Program-made: the position numbers and the translations under genes | NCBI GenBank assembly: GCA_003141235.1 | Contig: PLLL01000014.1 | Coordinates: forward strand, 1 to 55,705 | DNA from: Dehalococcoidia bacterium | GTDB lineage: Bacteria > Chloroflexota > Dehalococcoidia > Dehalococcoidales > RBG-16-60-22 | DNA length: 55,705 nucleotides | Direction: 5' to 3' | Notes under the pieces: generated by a model | What the model was told of the DNA's origin: nothing | The model's input: the letters and a program-made list of their open reading frames with translations, nothing else | Databases searched by the model: none | Part shown: positions 1-9,498 of the stretch, in pieces | Position numbering within the stretch: position 1 is the first letter of the stretch | Layout: every line of letters begins with the position of its first letter

Positions 1-857
1 TTACCACCGATAGCTTTGTCGTTAATCCCATCTTTTTCCCCGGCGGGGACATCGGGAAGCTGGCGGTCTGCGGCACGGTTAACGACCTCGCCATGAGCGG
101 GGCTAAACCGCTTTACCTGAGCCTAGCGCTTATCATTGAAGAAGGTCTGCCTATCGCCGACCTGAAAAAGATAATTATATCCATTAAAAAGACCGCCGCC
201 GAGGCCGGGGTAAAAATCGTCACCGGCGATACGAAAGTGGTCAACCGGGGCAGCGCCGATAAGCTCTTCATCAATACCGCGGGCGTTGGCGCTGTGCCGG
301 AGGGCGTTAATATTTCCGCCGCCAACGCTCAACCCGGCGATAAAATAATTATCAGCGGCACCATCGGCGACCACGGCATCGCTGTTATGAGTAAACGGGA
401 GGGATTGAAATTTGATTTGCCCGTCCCCAGCGATTGCGCCCCGCTTAACGGGCTCACGGCGGACATGCTGGCGGCATCACAGAGTATTCATTGTATGCGC
501 GACCCTACCCGCGGCGGCCTGGCCACCACGCTTAATGACTTCGTCGAAAAGTCGAAAGTCGGTATCATCATTCACGAAGATAAAATTCCCATCAATAAAG
601 CGGTACTGGCCGCCTGTGAACTGCTCGGGCTCGACCCGCTGTATATCGCCAACGAGGGTAAGCTGGTAGCAATTGTACCGCGTGATGACGCCGAATCCGT
701 CCTGGCCGTGATTAAGCGCCATAAGTACGGTAAAGATGCCGCCATCATCGGCGAGGTAGTGACAGCGCACCCCGGCAGAGTCGTGATGAAGACCGTATTA
801 GGAGCATCTCGTATCATCGATATGCCGGTCGGCGAGCTTTTACCGAGGATATGCTGA
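1..857 (+). CDS. hypE: [NiFe]-hydrogenase maturation protein HypE (5' partial, runs off window start)
   Basis: The frame is open from base 3 (TTDSFVVNPIFFPGGDIGKLAVCGTVNDLAMSGAKP...), upstream of the track ATG at 93. It shows PurM-like fold motifs and the HypE-typical C-terminal ...LLPRIC, with a TGA stop at 855-857. Confidence 0.9.
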   Translation, partial: TTDSFVVNPIFFPGGDIGKLAVCGTVNDLAMSGAKPLYLSLALIIEEGLPIADLKKIIISIKKTAAEAGVKIVTGDTKVVNRGSADKLFINTAGVGAVPEGVNISAANAQPGDKIIISGTIGDHGIAVMSKREGLKFDLPVPSDCAPLNGLTADMLAASQSIHCMRDPTRGGLATTLNDFVEKSKVGIIIHEDKIPINKAVLAACELLGLDPLYIANEGKLVAIVPRDDAESVLAVIKRHKYGKDAAIIGEVVTAHPGRVVMKTVLGASRIIDMPVGELLPRIC

Positions 858-958
858 CATTGAAAAGGGGGTGTCAACGCGAAGAGCGCCCTGCTTCTAG
901 AATTACAGCTTTCACGGATGAAAGCGACGTGGCAATCCCCAATTTGAATTAAGTTAAA

Positions 959-1001
959 GATAGAGATTGCCACGCCCCGACGGGTCGGGGCTCGCAATGA
1001 C
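959..1001 (+). repeat. Dispersed repeat family copy A (GATAGAGATTGCCACG...hairpin...CTCGCAATGAC)
   Basis: It shares the 5' box GATAGAGATTGCCACG and the 3' box CTCGCAATGAC with copies at 20295-20367 and 26486-26537. The internal hairpin is CCCCGA-CGGG-TCGGGG. An inverted 5' box (CGTGGCAATC) lies at 928-937. Confidence 0.8.
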
Positions 1002-1029
1002 AACCATTCATTTATTAGTAGGAGAAAAA

Positions 1030-1506
1030 GTGGTATCGTTACCGGATAATCCGTCACCCCGCGTCGTCGTTATCGGTGTCGGCAACCTTTTAATGAAGGA
1101 TGAAGGCATCGGCATTCACGCCCTGGAAGCGCTTCAGGCAATCGCCCTTCCCCCTGATGTCAGGCTGATTGACGGCGGGACCTCGCCGGACCTCATTTCT
1201 TACACTCAAGCCGGGGACAAGCTGATTATCATCGATGCCGCCAAAGCCGGCGGCGAACCGGGGGCGATTTACCGCTTCCGCCCTGAAGACCTGGCCGTGG
1301 AAAAAGGAGTTCTAACCTCGGCCCATGAGTTGGGCGTGGTGCAAAACCTGAGCCTGATGTCGCTGCTGGGCAATAAACCGGCCGAGACTATCATCATCGG
1401 CATCGAACCTAAAGAAATCGACCCCGGATTAGAGCTTTCCCCCGAGCTTCAGCAAAGGTTACCGGCCATAGTCAAAGTAGTCCTGAAGGAAATAGGGCTG
1501 CGATAA
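1030..1506 (+). CDS. Hydrogenase maturation endopeptidase (HycI/HybD/HoxM family)
   Basis: It carries the VVVIGVGNLLMKDEGIGIHA motif and has family-typical size. The start is set at GTG 1030, 5 nt after AGGAG (1020-1024). The track start 967 and ATG 997 both lie inside repeat copy A, so the start is uncertain. Confidence 0.8.
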   Translation: MVSLPDNPSPRVVVIGVGNLLMKDEGIGIHALEALQAIALPPDVRLIDGGTSPDLISYTQAGDKLIIIDAAKAGGEPGAIYRFRPEDLAVEKGVLTSAHELGVVQNLSLMSLLGNKPAETIIIGIEPKEIDPGLELSPELQQRLPAIVKVVLKEIGLR

Positions 1507-1572
1507 CCCCTCATAGACAAGAGCCTCAGACGCTAGTATAATTAAAAACAATACGGGTAGGAGGTGGTTATT

Positions 1573-1791
1573 ATGCGATTAGGTCCTTTGGAGATAGCTC
1601 TCATCCTGGTGATAATTCTTATCGTTTTCGGCGTGGGTAAGCTACCGGAGGTCGGCAGCGCCATCGGCAAGAGCATACACGCTTTCAAGAAGGCACAGTC
1701 CGGTGAAGACGAAGAGGAAGAAAAAAAGAAAAAAGAAAAGGCCGCCGCCAGTCAGAAGGATTCTACGGAGAATAAAGCGGAAAAGAGCTAA
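1573..1791 (+). CDS. tatA: Twin-arginine translocase subunit TatA/E
   Basis: It has a single N-terminal TM helix plus an amphipathic helix (LILVIILIVFGVGKLPEVGSAIGKSIHAFKKA) and a charged tail. ATG 1573 follows TAGGAGG; the track start at GTG 1564 overlaps the RBS. Confidence 0.85.
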   Translation: MRLGPLEIALILVIILIVFGVGKLPEVGSAIGKSIHAFKKAQSGEDEEEEKKKKEKAAASQKDSTENKAEKS

Positions 1792-1877
1792 GTAATACCT
1801 ACCCCGTCAAAGCGCCCCCATACAACGGCTATTTTTTACCCCTCTTGTATCTAATAACTGCAGGATGAAGGTGACGG

Positions 1878-2141
1878 ATGGATTTTCTCGGTATTGGTCC
1901 AGGGGAGTTAATATTAATTCTCGTTATTGCGCTGATTTTCCTCGGTCCCGGGAAAATCGTGGACTTCGCCAGGACACTGGGAAAGTGGGTACACGCCATC
2001 CGGAGAGCCGGTACTGATTTCACCACCGTCATCACCCGTGAAATAGAAAAAGCCGAGCACGAACCACCGTCATCACCAAAGACAGAAGAAAAACCCGCTC
2101 CACCACAAGTAAGTACCGGCGACGGGGAGAGGCACCCCTGA
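1878..2141 (+). CDS. Tat translocase subunit, TatA/TatB family (second copy, TatB-like)
   Basis: The N-terminus MDFLGIGPGELILILVIALIFLGPGKIVDFARTLGKWVHAIRRA has the TM plus amphipathic helix architecture, and the gene sits directly upstream of tatC. Confidence 0.75.
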   Translation: MDFLGIGPGELILILVIALIFLGPGKIVDFARTLGKWVHAIRRAGTDFTTVITREIEKAEHEPPSSPKTEEKPAPPQVSTGDGERHP

Positions 2142-2144
2142 AAT

Positions 2145-2876
2145 ATGGCAGCAGGCGAACAGAAGCTCACTCTCCTCGGTCATATCAACGAACTCCGCAA
2201 ACGCCTTATCCGGAGCGTCATTGCCGTCAGCGTAGGGATTGTCATTTCGTTTATCTTCTGGAGATGGATATTTTATATCCTCATGCTGCCGGCGCAGAAT
2301 ATCAATCTCATCTTCATCGAGCTAACCGAGATGATCGGCGTGGTGATGAAGGTGTGCCTCGGCGCCGGACTGATTCTCGCTATGCCCTACCTCACCCTCC
2401 AGGCGATACTCTTTATCCGCCCGGCGCTTACGAAAAAGGAAAAAAAATACTTATATCTCATACTCCCCTGGGTGGCGCTGATGTTCGTGGGGGGTGTCGC
2501 CTTCGGCTACTTTGTCCTGATTCCGCCGGCAATTAATTTTTTATCCACTTTCGGCAGCGATATCGCTACGCCGCAGATAATCATCGGCAACTATATTTCC
2601 ATCGTCACCCGTCTGCTGCTGACCATTGGACTGATCTTCGAGCTGCCGGTTTTGACCACTTTCCTGGCGCGGATGGGCATCATCAAGCCTGAATGGCTGG
2701 CCTCAAAAAGAAAATTGGCCATCATCGGCGCTTTCATCCTGGCCGCTATCATTACTCCCACCCTCGACCCCATCAACCAGACCCTCGTGGCGGTGCCGCT
2801 TATCGTGCTGTACGAGATGAGCATCTGGCTGGCAAAGCTGGTCTACCGCCGGAAAAAAGAGCCCGAAAACTCTTGA
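2145..2876 (+). CDS. tatC: Twin-arginine translocase subunit TatC
   Basis: A 243-aa polytopic membrane protein with a TatC-like N-terminus (LTLLGHINELRKRLIRS). It is operonic with the two TatA-family genes. Confidence 0.9.
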   Translation: MAAGEQKLTLLGHINELRKRLIRSVIAVSVGIVISFIFWRWIFYILMLPAQNINLIFIELTEMIGVVMKVCLGAGLILAMPYLTLQAILFIRPALTKKEKKYLYLILPWVALMFVGGVAFGYFVLIPPAINFLSTFGSDIATPQIIIGNYISIVTRLLLTIGLIFELPVLTTFLARMGIIKPEWLASKRKLAIIGAFILAAIITPTLDPINQTLVAVPLIVLYEMSIWLAKLVYRRKKEPENS

Positions 2877-2911
2877 TACCATCCAACCGGGTAAGCTATA
2901 CTTCCGATTGA

Positions 2912-3008
2912 GGGAGCGGATGAGTTCCGGTGGGCTTCGCGGACTTCAAATCCGTTGGGGGGCACTTTTAGTGTCTTCGGTGGGTTCGACTCCCATGCGC
3001 TCCCGCCA
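2912..3008 (+). tRNA. selC: tRNA-Sec (anticodon UCA)
   Basis: A 97-nt tRNA. The acceptor GGGAGCG pairs with CGCTCCC, followed by discriminator G and an encoded CCA. The anticodon loop is CTTCAAA (TCA at 2946-2948). It has a long extra arm (GGGGGGCACTTTTAGTGTCTTC) and the T-loop TTCGACT. selA and selB are in the same window. Confidence 0.85.
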
Positions 3009-3046
3009 TTATGCAATTCCGGTTCCGTTTGCATTTGGTTGCTGAT

Positions 3047-3075
3047 TTGACATTAGTGCTATTTAAAGCTAAAGT
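3047..3075 (+). promoter_or_regulatory. Putative sigma70-type promoter for the small ORF 3124-3357
   Basis: TTGACA (3047-3052), a 17-nt spacer, then TAAAGT (3070-3075). Confidence 0.3.
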
Positions 3076-3123
3076 GTGCGTAAGAATTAAAAGAGATGTT
3101 TTTGGGACAATAAAAGGAGAGTA

Positions 3124-3357
3124 ATGTTAGTCGGATTAAGTAAAGATGAACTACTTCAAATAGCGGCTTTGGGGGAGAATGAAGAGGAGATAAAGAGAAA
3201 TCTATTTGGTGATAGACATAGTAACAAGATTGGTAATGAAGAATTGGTAGCTGTTTTGATTAATAAGACACTGAATAAAACAACAGAATTAATTTTAGCT
3301 AACAATAAACGTATATCTGACCAACTACAGAAAAAGGGAGTTGCATTATCTGAATGA
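3124..3357 (+). CDS. Hypothetical small protein (77 aa) in the AT-rich spacer after tRNA-Sec
   Basis: AAAGGAGA lies 4 nt before the ATG. The composition is visibly AT-rich compared with the neighbours, and I recognise no domain. Confidence 0.35.
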   Translation: MLVGLSKDELLQIAALGENEEEIKRNLFGDRHSNKIGNEELVAVLINKTLNKTTELILANNKRISDQLQKKGVALSE

Positions 3358-3500
3358 CGTTATCTCCTTTTTTGTTGTTTTAATATTTCTTTGACAATTT
3401 TCTTTATTTTCATATCCTGCCTCCTGTCCCTTTTTACGTTCAAATATGCGGGATTTTATTTACTGACACCAAATGCAAACGATACCATTTTAAAGCCGAC

Positions 3501-3529
3501 TTGACAATAAATGAAGAGCAATGTATTAT
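3501..3529 (+). promoter_or_regulatory. Putative sigma70-type promoter of the liv-type ABC operon
   Basis: TTGACA (3501-3506), a 17-nt spacer, then TATTAT (3524-3529), about 125 nt upstream of ATG 3654. Confidence 0.45.
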
Positions 3530-3653
3530 CTTACCGTGCTAATATTCTAATACGAATATCACACCCTGAAATTCTCCGCACAAGGAGGTGAACGGTAACC
3601 GATAAGAATAAGCATTCTGTATTACTCGGGATAATAATTATAAAGGGGCACAT

Positions 3654-4895
3654 ATGATAATAAAGAAATTTCTCTTTTTACTTATAGCCGTAGTTCTGGT
3701 AAGTGGACTTTTTATAACCGGTTGTAATTCAACAACCACTTCAGCGCCTGCTTCAGGCCAACCTCTCAAGGTTGGCGTTATAGCCAGTACGAGCGGGTTC
3801 TTCGCCGCCATGGGAGAATACATGACAGTCGGGTCCCAGATGGCAATTGACAAAGTGAATGCCTCAGGGGGTGTGATGGGCCGGAATGTGGAAATGGTCG
3901 TAAGGGATGACCAGGCCGACCCGAGCGTAGTGACACAGAAAGCGACTGAACTGAAGGCAGCTGGCTGCGTCGCTATCGTCGGGACTTTCATGGATGGCGT
4001 AGCCGCCGTGCTCAATCAGTGGGGAGCCGATAACAAGTTCATTATTGGCGATTCAACCAACACGGTATTAGACCAAAGAACTTCAAAATTCAGTAAATAT
4101 GTCTTCTTCCACCAGAATGTCAGTCTGGCTCTCTCCAACGTATTTTACAAAGAGATATCCAAAATGGACGATGTTAAGTCCATTTATTACCTCTCGGGCG
4201 ACGTGGTCGTAGCGCATGATATCTATGACTCGTTCTGGAAATCGATGGCTAAGGGTAAGCCATCAGTTACCAACCTGGGCGTGACCTGGGTAAGTTCACA
4301 GGAAATGGACTTTTCAAGCGTCATAAATGCAATACTCGCTAAAAACCCCAGCCTGATTATCACCGGTTGCGGCGGCCCGCAGTGGCCCGCATTCATCAAG
4401 CAGGCGCAGCAGTTCGGAGTCTTCCAGAAATGCAAAGTTGTCGCGATGTACGGTCTTGACGCGAGCACATCCACACCTCTTGGTAAAGATACGCCGGAAG
4501 GAATATACGGGGTAATATCCTGCCCTTTCTGGCTTGACACTCCGGAAATGAAGGCTTTCCAAACGGACTTCGCCGCCAAGGTCAAAGACCAGTACGTAAA
4601 CGACTTAACTTTGAACTATTATAACGCTACCTTAGCGCTGCTTGAGTCCATAAAGAAAGCTAACAGCCTCGATACGGACAAGATAATCACTGCCTGGGAA
4701 GGAATATCAATCAACACACCTGTAGGCACGGTCTCCATGGATGCCTGGGATCATCAGTTGGAAGTGCCGATCTGGTGGGGAACCACAAAGAACGTTTCTA
4801 ACTACTCGGTTGTTACCGCGAACAACATGGTGAAATACCAGCAGGACGTATATCCCACCAAAGACGATATAAATGCGTATAAGACGTCAAAATAG
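3654..4895 (+). CDS. ABC transporter substrate-binding lipoprotein (type I PBP, branched-chain amino acid/LivK-like family)
   Basis: It has a signal peptide with a lipobox (LVSGLFITGC) and Peripla_BP_6-like sequence. It leads an operon with two HAAT permeases and two ATPases. Confidence 0.85.
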   Translation: MIIKKFLFLLIAVVLVSGLFITGCNSTTTSAPASGQPLKVGVIASTSGFFAAMGEYMTVGSQMAIDKVNASGGVMGRNVEMVVRDDQADPSVVTQKATELKAAGCVAIVGTFMDGVAAVLNQWGADNKFIIGDSTNTVLDQRTSKFSKYVFFHQNVSLALSNVFYKEISKMDDVKSIYYLSGDVVVAHDIYDSFWKSMAKGKPSVTNLGVTWVSSQEMDFSSVINAILAKNPSLIITGCGGPQWPAFIKQAQQFGVFQKCKVVAMYGLDASTSTPLGKDTPEGIYGVISCPFWLDTPEMKAFQTDFAAKVKDQYVNDLTLNYYNATLALLESIKKANSLDTDKIITAWEGISINTPVGTVSMDAWDHQLEVPIWWGTTKNVSNYSVVTANNMVKYQQDVYPTKDDINAYKTSK

Positions 4896-4936
4896 TAATC
4901 CGGGAACTATTTAAGTAAATGAGATAACAGAATCCA

Positions 4937-4968
4937 AGAAGGGAGCCCCCAATTGGGGTCTCCCTTCT
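4937..4968 (+). terminator. Intra-operon stem-loop between the SBP gene and the permease genes (attenuator/mRNA-stabiliser candidate)
   Basis: AGAAGGGAG(C)CCCC-AATT-GGGG(T)CTCCCTTCT gives a 13-bp stem with one mismatch. There is no U-tract after it. Confidence 0.4.
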
Positions 4969-5004
4969 AATAGTAAAAGAGTACTGGAAAAAGGTTAAAA
5001 GCCG

Positions 5005-5868
5005 ATGGACTGGGTAGCACTTCTTCGACAATTAATAGTTGGCATCAGCAGCGGGATGATAACATTTTTAGGCGCTGCCGGCGTCTCTCTGGTAGTGAGC
5101 GGCATGAGCTTAATGAACTTCGCCCAAGGCGCTTTCATGCTGCTGGGTGCTTATGTTTGCTATACTATAACGCGCGTTATGGGTTTCTGGTGGGCGCTTC
5201 TTATTGCGCCGCTCGTGGTGGCTATTGTCGGCGGCATCGTGGAATTGCTGATGCGTCCCCTATACAAAAAGAACATGCTGTTTCAACTTATACTCACCAT
5301 GGGTATTGCCTTCGTGATGGCGGACGGTATTCAACTTATATGGGGCACACTGGTGAAAACAGTGACTGCTCCGGTTTTTATTTCTAGAACCTTTTCCCTG
5401 CTGGGAACGCCTTTTCCCACATATTATGTGCTTATTATCGTAATCGCCTGTTTGTTTGCCATAGGCATGTGGTTAGTATTTGAAAAAACAAAACTGGGGA
5501 TGATTTTTCGGGCTATTATCAGCGACCGCGAAATGGTAGGGAGCCTGGGGATTAACGTCAACAAGCTATATAGTATTATGTTTATGGTTGGTGTGTGGAT
5601 GAGCGGTCTGGCCGGGGTATTGATAGCGCCTATAATAGGAATCTCCTCGCAAAAATCCTTTGGCATATTATTTTCGATAATGACGGTCATTGTCATCGGC
5701 GGTATAACCAGCATGCGCGGAGTTTTATATGCCGCGCTTATCGTGGGTGTAGCCAATGCCCTCGGTTCCCTCTATTTACCCTGGTTTTACACACTTATCC
5801 CGGGATTACTCATGGTTATCGTTCTAATATTGAGGCCAGAGGGACTTTTTGTGCGTTCTGAAGATTGA
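5005..5868 (+). CDS. livH: Branched-chain amino acid (HAAT family) ABC permease, LivH-type
   Basis: A 287-aa polytopic membrane protein of the BPD_transp_2 type, in a liv-like operon. The substrate is not determinable from sequence. Confidence 0.85.
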   Translation: MDWVALLRQLIVGISSGMITFLGAAGVSLVVSGMSLMNFAQGAFMLLGAYVCYTITRVMGFWWALLIAPLVVAIVGGIVELLMRPLYKKNMLFQLILTMGIAFVMADGIQLIWGTLVKTVTAPVFISRTFSLLGTPFPTYYVLIIVIACLFAIGMWLVFEKTKLGMIFRAIISDREMVGSLGINVNKLYSIMFMVGVWMSGLAGVLIAPIIGISSQKSFGILFSIMTVIVIGGITSMRGVLYAALIVGVANALGSLYLPWFYTLIPGLLMVIVLILRPEGLFVRSED

Positions 5869-6863
5869 ATTTGAAAGTTGAAGATTTAATGACGCGCATT
5901 ATTATACGTAATAAACCAATCGGCTTTCTTATAGCCGGGGTAATTATCGTCGCTGTTTTACCTCTGATTATTCCATCCCAGTGGATCCAATTGTTTACCC
6001 AGGTTTTAATTATGGCTCTTTTCGCGACCGGGCTTAATATGGAAATGGGTTACGCCGGTATGATGCCGCTCGGCCAGGCGACTTTCCTCGGCCTCGGAGC
6101 ATACTCCTTCGGCATTCTTATAGTAAAAGCGCACATGTCATTAGCTCCGGCTATCGTATTAGCGCTATTTATCTGTCTAATTGTTAATGCCATAATCGGT
6201 TTTCTCTGCCTCCGCGGTAAACCGATGACTTTCGGTCTGTTGCACATGGCTTTCAATATACTTTTTACCACAATCGTCGCGAAGTGGATCCCTATTACCG
6301 GTGGAGATGTTGGGCTGTCCGGTATACCCCGTCCTCATATTTTTGCAGGTACTGTACCTTTTTATTATATGGTGCTGGGATTAGTATTAATCTGCTACCT
6401 TATTATCAGCACTATTATGAATTCGCCATTTGGCAAGATAGCCCAGGGATTAAGGGAAAATGAGGAACGTTTAATCTTCCTCGGTATTAACACAAAAAGG
6501 TATCAACTTATTCTTTTTATCATCAGCGGCTTCTTCGCCGGCGTGGCAGGAATCCTTTTAGCCATGCTGAACCGGGGTGTTTTTTCATCCTATGTTCAAA
6601 TAATTCTATCAGCACAAGCTATGATGATGTGTCTAATCGGCGGCGCATATTCTTTCTGGGGACCAACCCTCGGCGCGGCTCTGATAGTAATATTCAGCAA
6701 CACAGTATCTAACTACGTCTTCTACTGGCAAGGGATACTGGGGGTGATAATGATAGTTACCGTTCTTGGCTTCCGCGGCGGCATACTGCGTAAAAGAAGC
6801 GTTAAAACAAATGTTCCTGACGTCAGTGTTAATAAATCACCCTCGGGAGGGACAGCCGGGTGA
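5865..6863 (+). CDS. livM: Branched-chain amino acid (HAAT family) ABC permease, LivM-type
   Basis: A polytopic membrane protein. The TTG start at 5865 overlaps the livH stop; ATG 5889 is an alternative start. Confidence 0.85.
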   Translation: MNLKVEDLMTRIIIRNKPIGFLIAGVIIVAVLPLIIPSQWIQLFTQVLIMALFATGLNMEMGYAGMMPLGQATFLGLGAYSFGILIVKAHMSLAPAIVLALFICLIVNAIIGFLCLRGKPMTFGLLHMAFNILFTTIVAKWIPITGGDVGLSGIPRPHIFAGTVPFYYMVLGLVLICYLIISTIMNSPFGKIAQGLRENEERLIFLGINTKRYQLILFIISGFFAGVAGILLAMLNRGVFSSYVQIILSAQAMMMCLIGGAYSFWGPTLGAALIVIFSNTVSNYVFYWQGILGVIMIVTVLGFRGGILRKRSVKTNVPDVSVNKSPSGGTAG

Positions 6864-7603
6864 TACTAAAGACGGTCGGTCTGAGTAAAGACTTCGGCTC
6901 TCTACGGGCGGTAAACGATGTCAGCCTGGAAATTAAAGAGGGGACCATAAGGGCGGTCATCGGTCCTAACGGCGCAGGGAAGACCACTCTTTTTGACCTG
7001 ATTACTAACCGTACCCATCCCACTTCAGGTAAGGTCTATTTTCAGGGAAAGGACATTACATATTTACCTCCTTATAAAATCGTTAAACTCGGGATTGGCA
7101 AATGTTTTCAGATTAGCAAGCTTTTTCCAGAGTTGACCGTATTCGAAAACATCCAGATAGCTTGTATCAGCAGGGCAAGAAAGGTCTTTAACATGTATTC
7201 GCCAGGCAATAATGCGATGCGCGATGAAGTGCTTCAGATTATTAATTCTATCGGCCTGACGGTTTTAACAGACGCATCAGCCGGTTATCTTTCTTACGGG
7301 GACCAGCGCCGACTGGAAATAGGGATTACTCTCGCCCTGCAACCAACGCTACTTTTGCTGGATGAACCTACGGCTGGCGTGTCACGCGCTGAAGGTTACG
7401 AAGTTATGAAGCTTATTAAAAAATTAGCTTCAGAGCGAGCCCTGACCATAGTGTTTATCGAACATGACATGGATATTGTGTTTAACTATGCCGAAGAGAT
7501 TACCGTAATGCACCAGGGAACGACTATCGCCACAGGCGCGCCGGAAGCAATAAAAAGTAATAAACAGGTACAAAGCTGCTATCTGGGTGAGACGGTATGT
7601 TAA
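6860..7603 (+). CDS. livG: ABC transporter ATP-binding protein, LivG-type
   Basis: It has Walker A GPNGAGKTT, the signature LSYGDQRRLEI and Walker B LLLLDEP. The GTG start overlaps the livM stop (GTGA). Confidence 0.9.
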   Translation: MILKTVGLSKDFGSLRAVNDVSLEIKEGTIRAVIGPNGAGKTTLFDLITNRTHPTSGKVYFQGKDITYLPPYKIVKLGIGKCFQISKLFPELTVFENIQIACISRARKVFNMYSPGNNAMRDEVLQIINSIGLTVLTDASAGYLSYGDQRRLEIGITLALQPTLLLLDEPTAGVSRAEGYEVMKLIKKLASERALTIVFIEHDMDIVFNYAEEITVMHQGTTIATGAPEAIKSNKQVQSCYLGETVC

Positions 7604-8301
7604 TGCTCGATGTAGAAAAACTATCAGCAAGTTACGGGGCGAGCCAGATACTATTCGATATTAACCTTAAAGTTGAGGAGGCCGAAACGGTTTGTATCCT
7701 GGGCCGCAACGGCGTCGGAAAAACAACCTCTCTTAAAGCGATTAACGGCATTTGCAGGCCGAAAAGCGGAAATATCAAATTTGCCGCTAACAAAATCGCG
7801 GGCCTGCCGCCATATAAGATAAGCCGCCTGGGGATTGCCTATGTTCCTCAGGGCAGGCACATTTTTCCCAATCTGACAGCGCGTGAGAACTTATTCATAG
7901 CATCTCGCAAAGGCGATAATCCGGAAAGCCAGTGGACGCTACAAAAAATTTATCAATTATTCCCGGTACTGAAGGCCCGGGAGAATTTTAAAGGCAAAAA
8001 CCTGAGTGGCGGTGAACAGCAGATGCTTACGATAGCCCGTGGGTTAATGCAAAATCCCAAGCTTCTGCTTATGGACGAAATCTGTGAGGGACTTGCTCCA
8101 TTAATTGTCAAGGAACTTCAGGAAATTGTCCTGGAACTTAAAAAATCAGGGGTATCTATATTGCTGGCGGAACAAAACATCAATTTTGCCTTAGCAGTAA
8201 GCAGCCGATGTTATATCATGGAAAAAGGACAAATCGTGTTTAGCGGGAATACTGCGGAGATTTCGCAGGACACTATCCGCAAATATCTTGCAACTCAATA
8301 A
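7597..8301 (+). CDS. livF: ABC transporter ATP-binding protein, LivF-type
   Basis: It has Walker A GRNGVGKTT, the signature LSGGEQQML and Walker B LLLMDE. It overlaps the livG stop. Confidence 0.9.
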   Translation: MLMLDVEKLSASYGASQILFDINLKVEEAETVCILGRNGVGKTTSLKAINGICRPKSGNIKFAANKIAGLPPYKISRLGIAYVPQGRHIFPNLTARENLFIASRKGDNPESQWTLQKIYQLFPVLKARENFKGKNLSGGEQQMLTIARGLMQNPKLLLMDEICEGLAPLIVKELQEIVLELKKSGVSILLAEQNINFALAVSSRCYIMEKGQIVFSGNTAEISQDTIRKYLATQ

Positions 8302-8513
8302 GCAAAGGATGATGCTCAGATCACCGCCGATTTACGCCTGGATATAATTCCGGTTGGGCTGCCGAATAAGTTTAGCTAAATAGGATAATTTTACAATGAA
8401 TACATTAGGGTCAATATCTAATTATAGCCTTTGAAACAAGGCGGGCAATGAGAGATCGGCAAACCGATCGAAATTAGTTTGTTAAATAAGCGAACGGAAG
8501 GGAGTGATTAACG

Positions 8514-9374
8514 TTGAAAGTACTCGAAGATAGTTTTGCTTTTAAAGTAGGTGATTTGGATTGTTTGGTCATCAGAGACACGGTATCCCCGATGGACTTA
8601 GACCTGCTTTTCCCCAGTATTAAAGGTAAAGAAATGGAAGGTTTGCTCGACAAATACCATGTCCCGAGGGGAAAGGTAATGGACGTGATGTGTTTGCTTA
8701 TCCGTATCGGTCAACAGATAGTATTGATAGATACGGGTTGGGGAGTCAACAAACAACCAGGTTGGGGGAGACTTATACCTATCCTACGAAACAACGGAAT
8801 AAAACCGGAAAGAATTAATACGGTAGTTATATCTCACGGACATCCCGACCATATCGGAGGGAATGCCGATGCTAAAGGTAAGCCGCTTTTCCCGGAGGCG
8901 CGTTATTTTATGTTTAAAAAAGAGTGGGACTTTTGGACGTCTCTACCGGACCTGAAGCAAATTGAAAAATGGGTACAGCAGGAAATGCACGCTTATGTAC
9001 GCAATAACCTGATACCCCTTCGGGAACGATTTACGCTGGTAGAAGAAAAGACAGAATTTTTACCCGGCATAAAATTTATTTGGGCACCGGGGCATTCGCC
9101 ATATCATTGCATACTAAATATTTCATCGGGAGCCGAGCAACTTCTTTACAGTAGTGATTTAATCCACCACCCCCTGCAAATCGCACGCCCTGAATGCAGT
9201 GTATTTGGCGATTTCAATCCCGAACAAGCCCGGCGTACCAGGGCTAAAATAATATCCCAGTCTTCTAAAACTAATATGCTGGTCTTTGCCTGTCATTTTC
9301 CTTTTCCCGGTTTAGGCCGCATTAACAAGAATGGTGACTTACTGACCTGGCAACCAATAAATACTAATAGCTAG
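8514..9374 (+). CDS. MBL-fold metallo-hydrolase
   Basis: It carries the HxHxDH motif (VVISHGHPDHIGGN) and a later GHSPYH. The TTG start follows GGAAGGGAG. Confidence 0.8.
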   Translation: MKVLEDSFAFKVGDLDCLVIRDTVSPMDLDLLFPSIKGKEMEGLLDKYHVPRGKVMDVMCLLIRIGQQIVLIDTGWGVNKQPGWGRLIPILRNNGIKPERINTVVISHGHPDHIGGNADAKGKPLFPEARYFMFKKEWDFWTSLPDLKQIEKWVQQEMHAYVRNNLIPLRERFTLVEEKTEFLPGIKFIWAPGHSPYHCILNISSGAEQLLYSSDLIHHPLQIARPECSVFGDFNPEQARRTRAKIISQSSKTNMLVFACHFPFPGLGRINKNGDLLTWQPINTNS

Positions 9375-9498
9375 AGTATTAAAATGATCCGTAATACCAG
9401 GACAATTTCCTTTGATTAGCCGGTAAGGCTAAACAGTTAGATACCCGGCCTTTTTATTCATGATGGCACTTTTTGAACTGATGCGACCCAACAAATTA

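Noticed and set aside
1-857. The first ORF as SelD (selenophosphate synthetase), which would complete the sel gene set
   Set aside because: SelD and HypE share the PurM fold, but the TTDSFVV...GGDIGKLAV start and the C-terminal PRIC are HypE-specific. A hydrogenase protease follows the gene.
967-1029. Track start codons 967 and 997 for the hydrogenase protease, and 26484 for the NUDIX gene
   Set aside because: These N-terminal extensions are translations of the dispersed repeat element (…IATPRRVGARNDN… and …IEIASPPRFYRGWSRNDN…). Better RBS-linked starts lie downstream.
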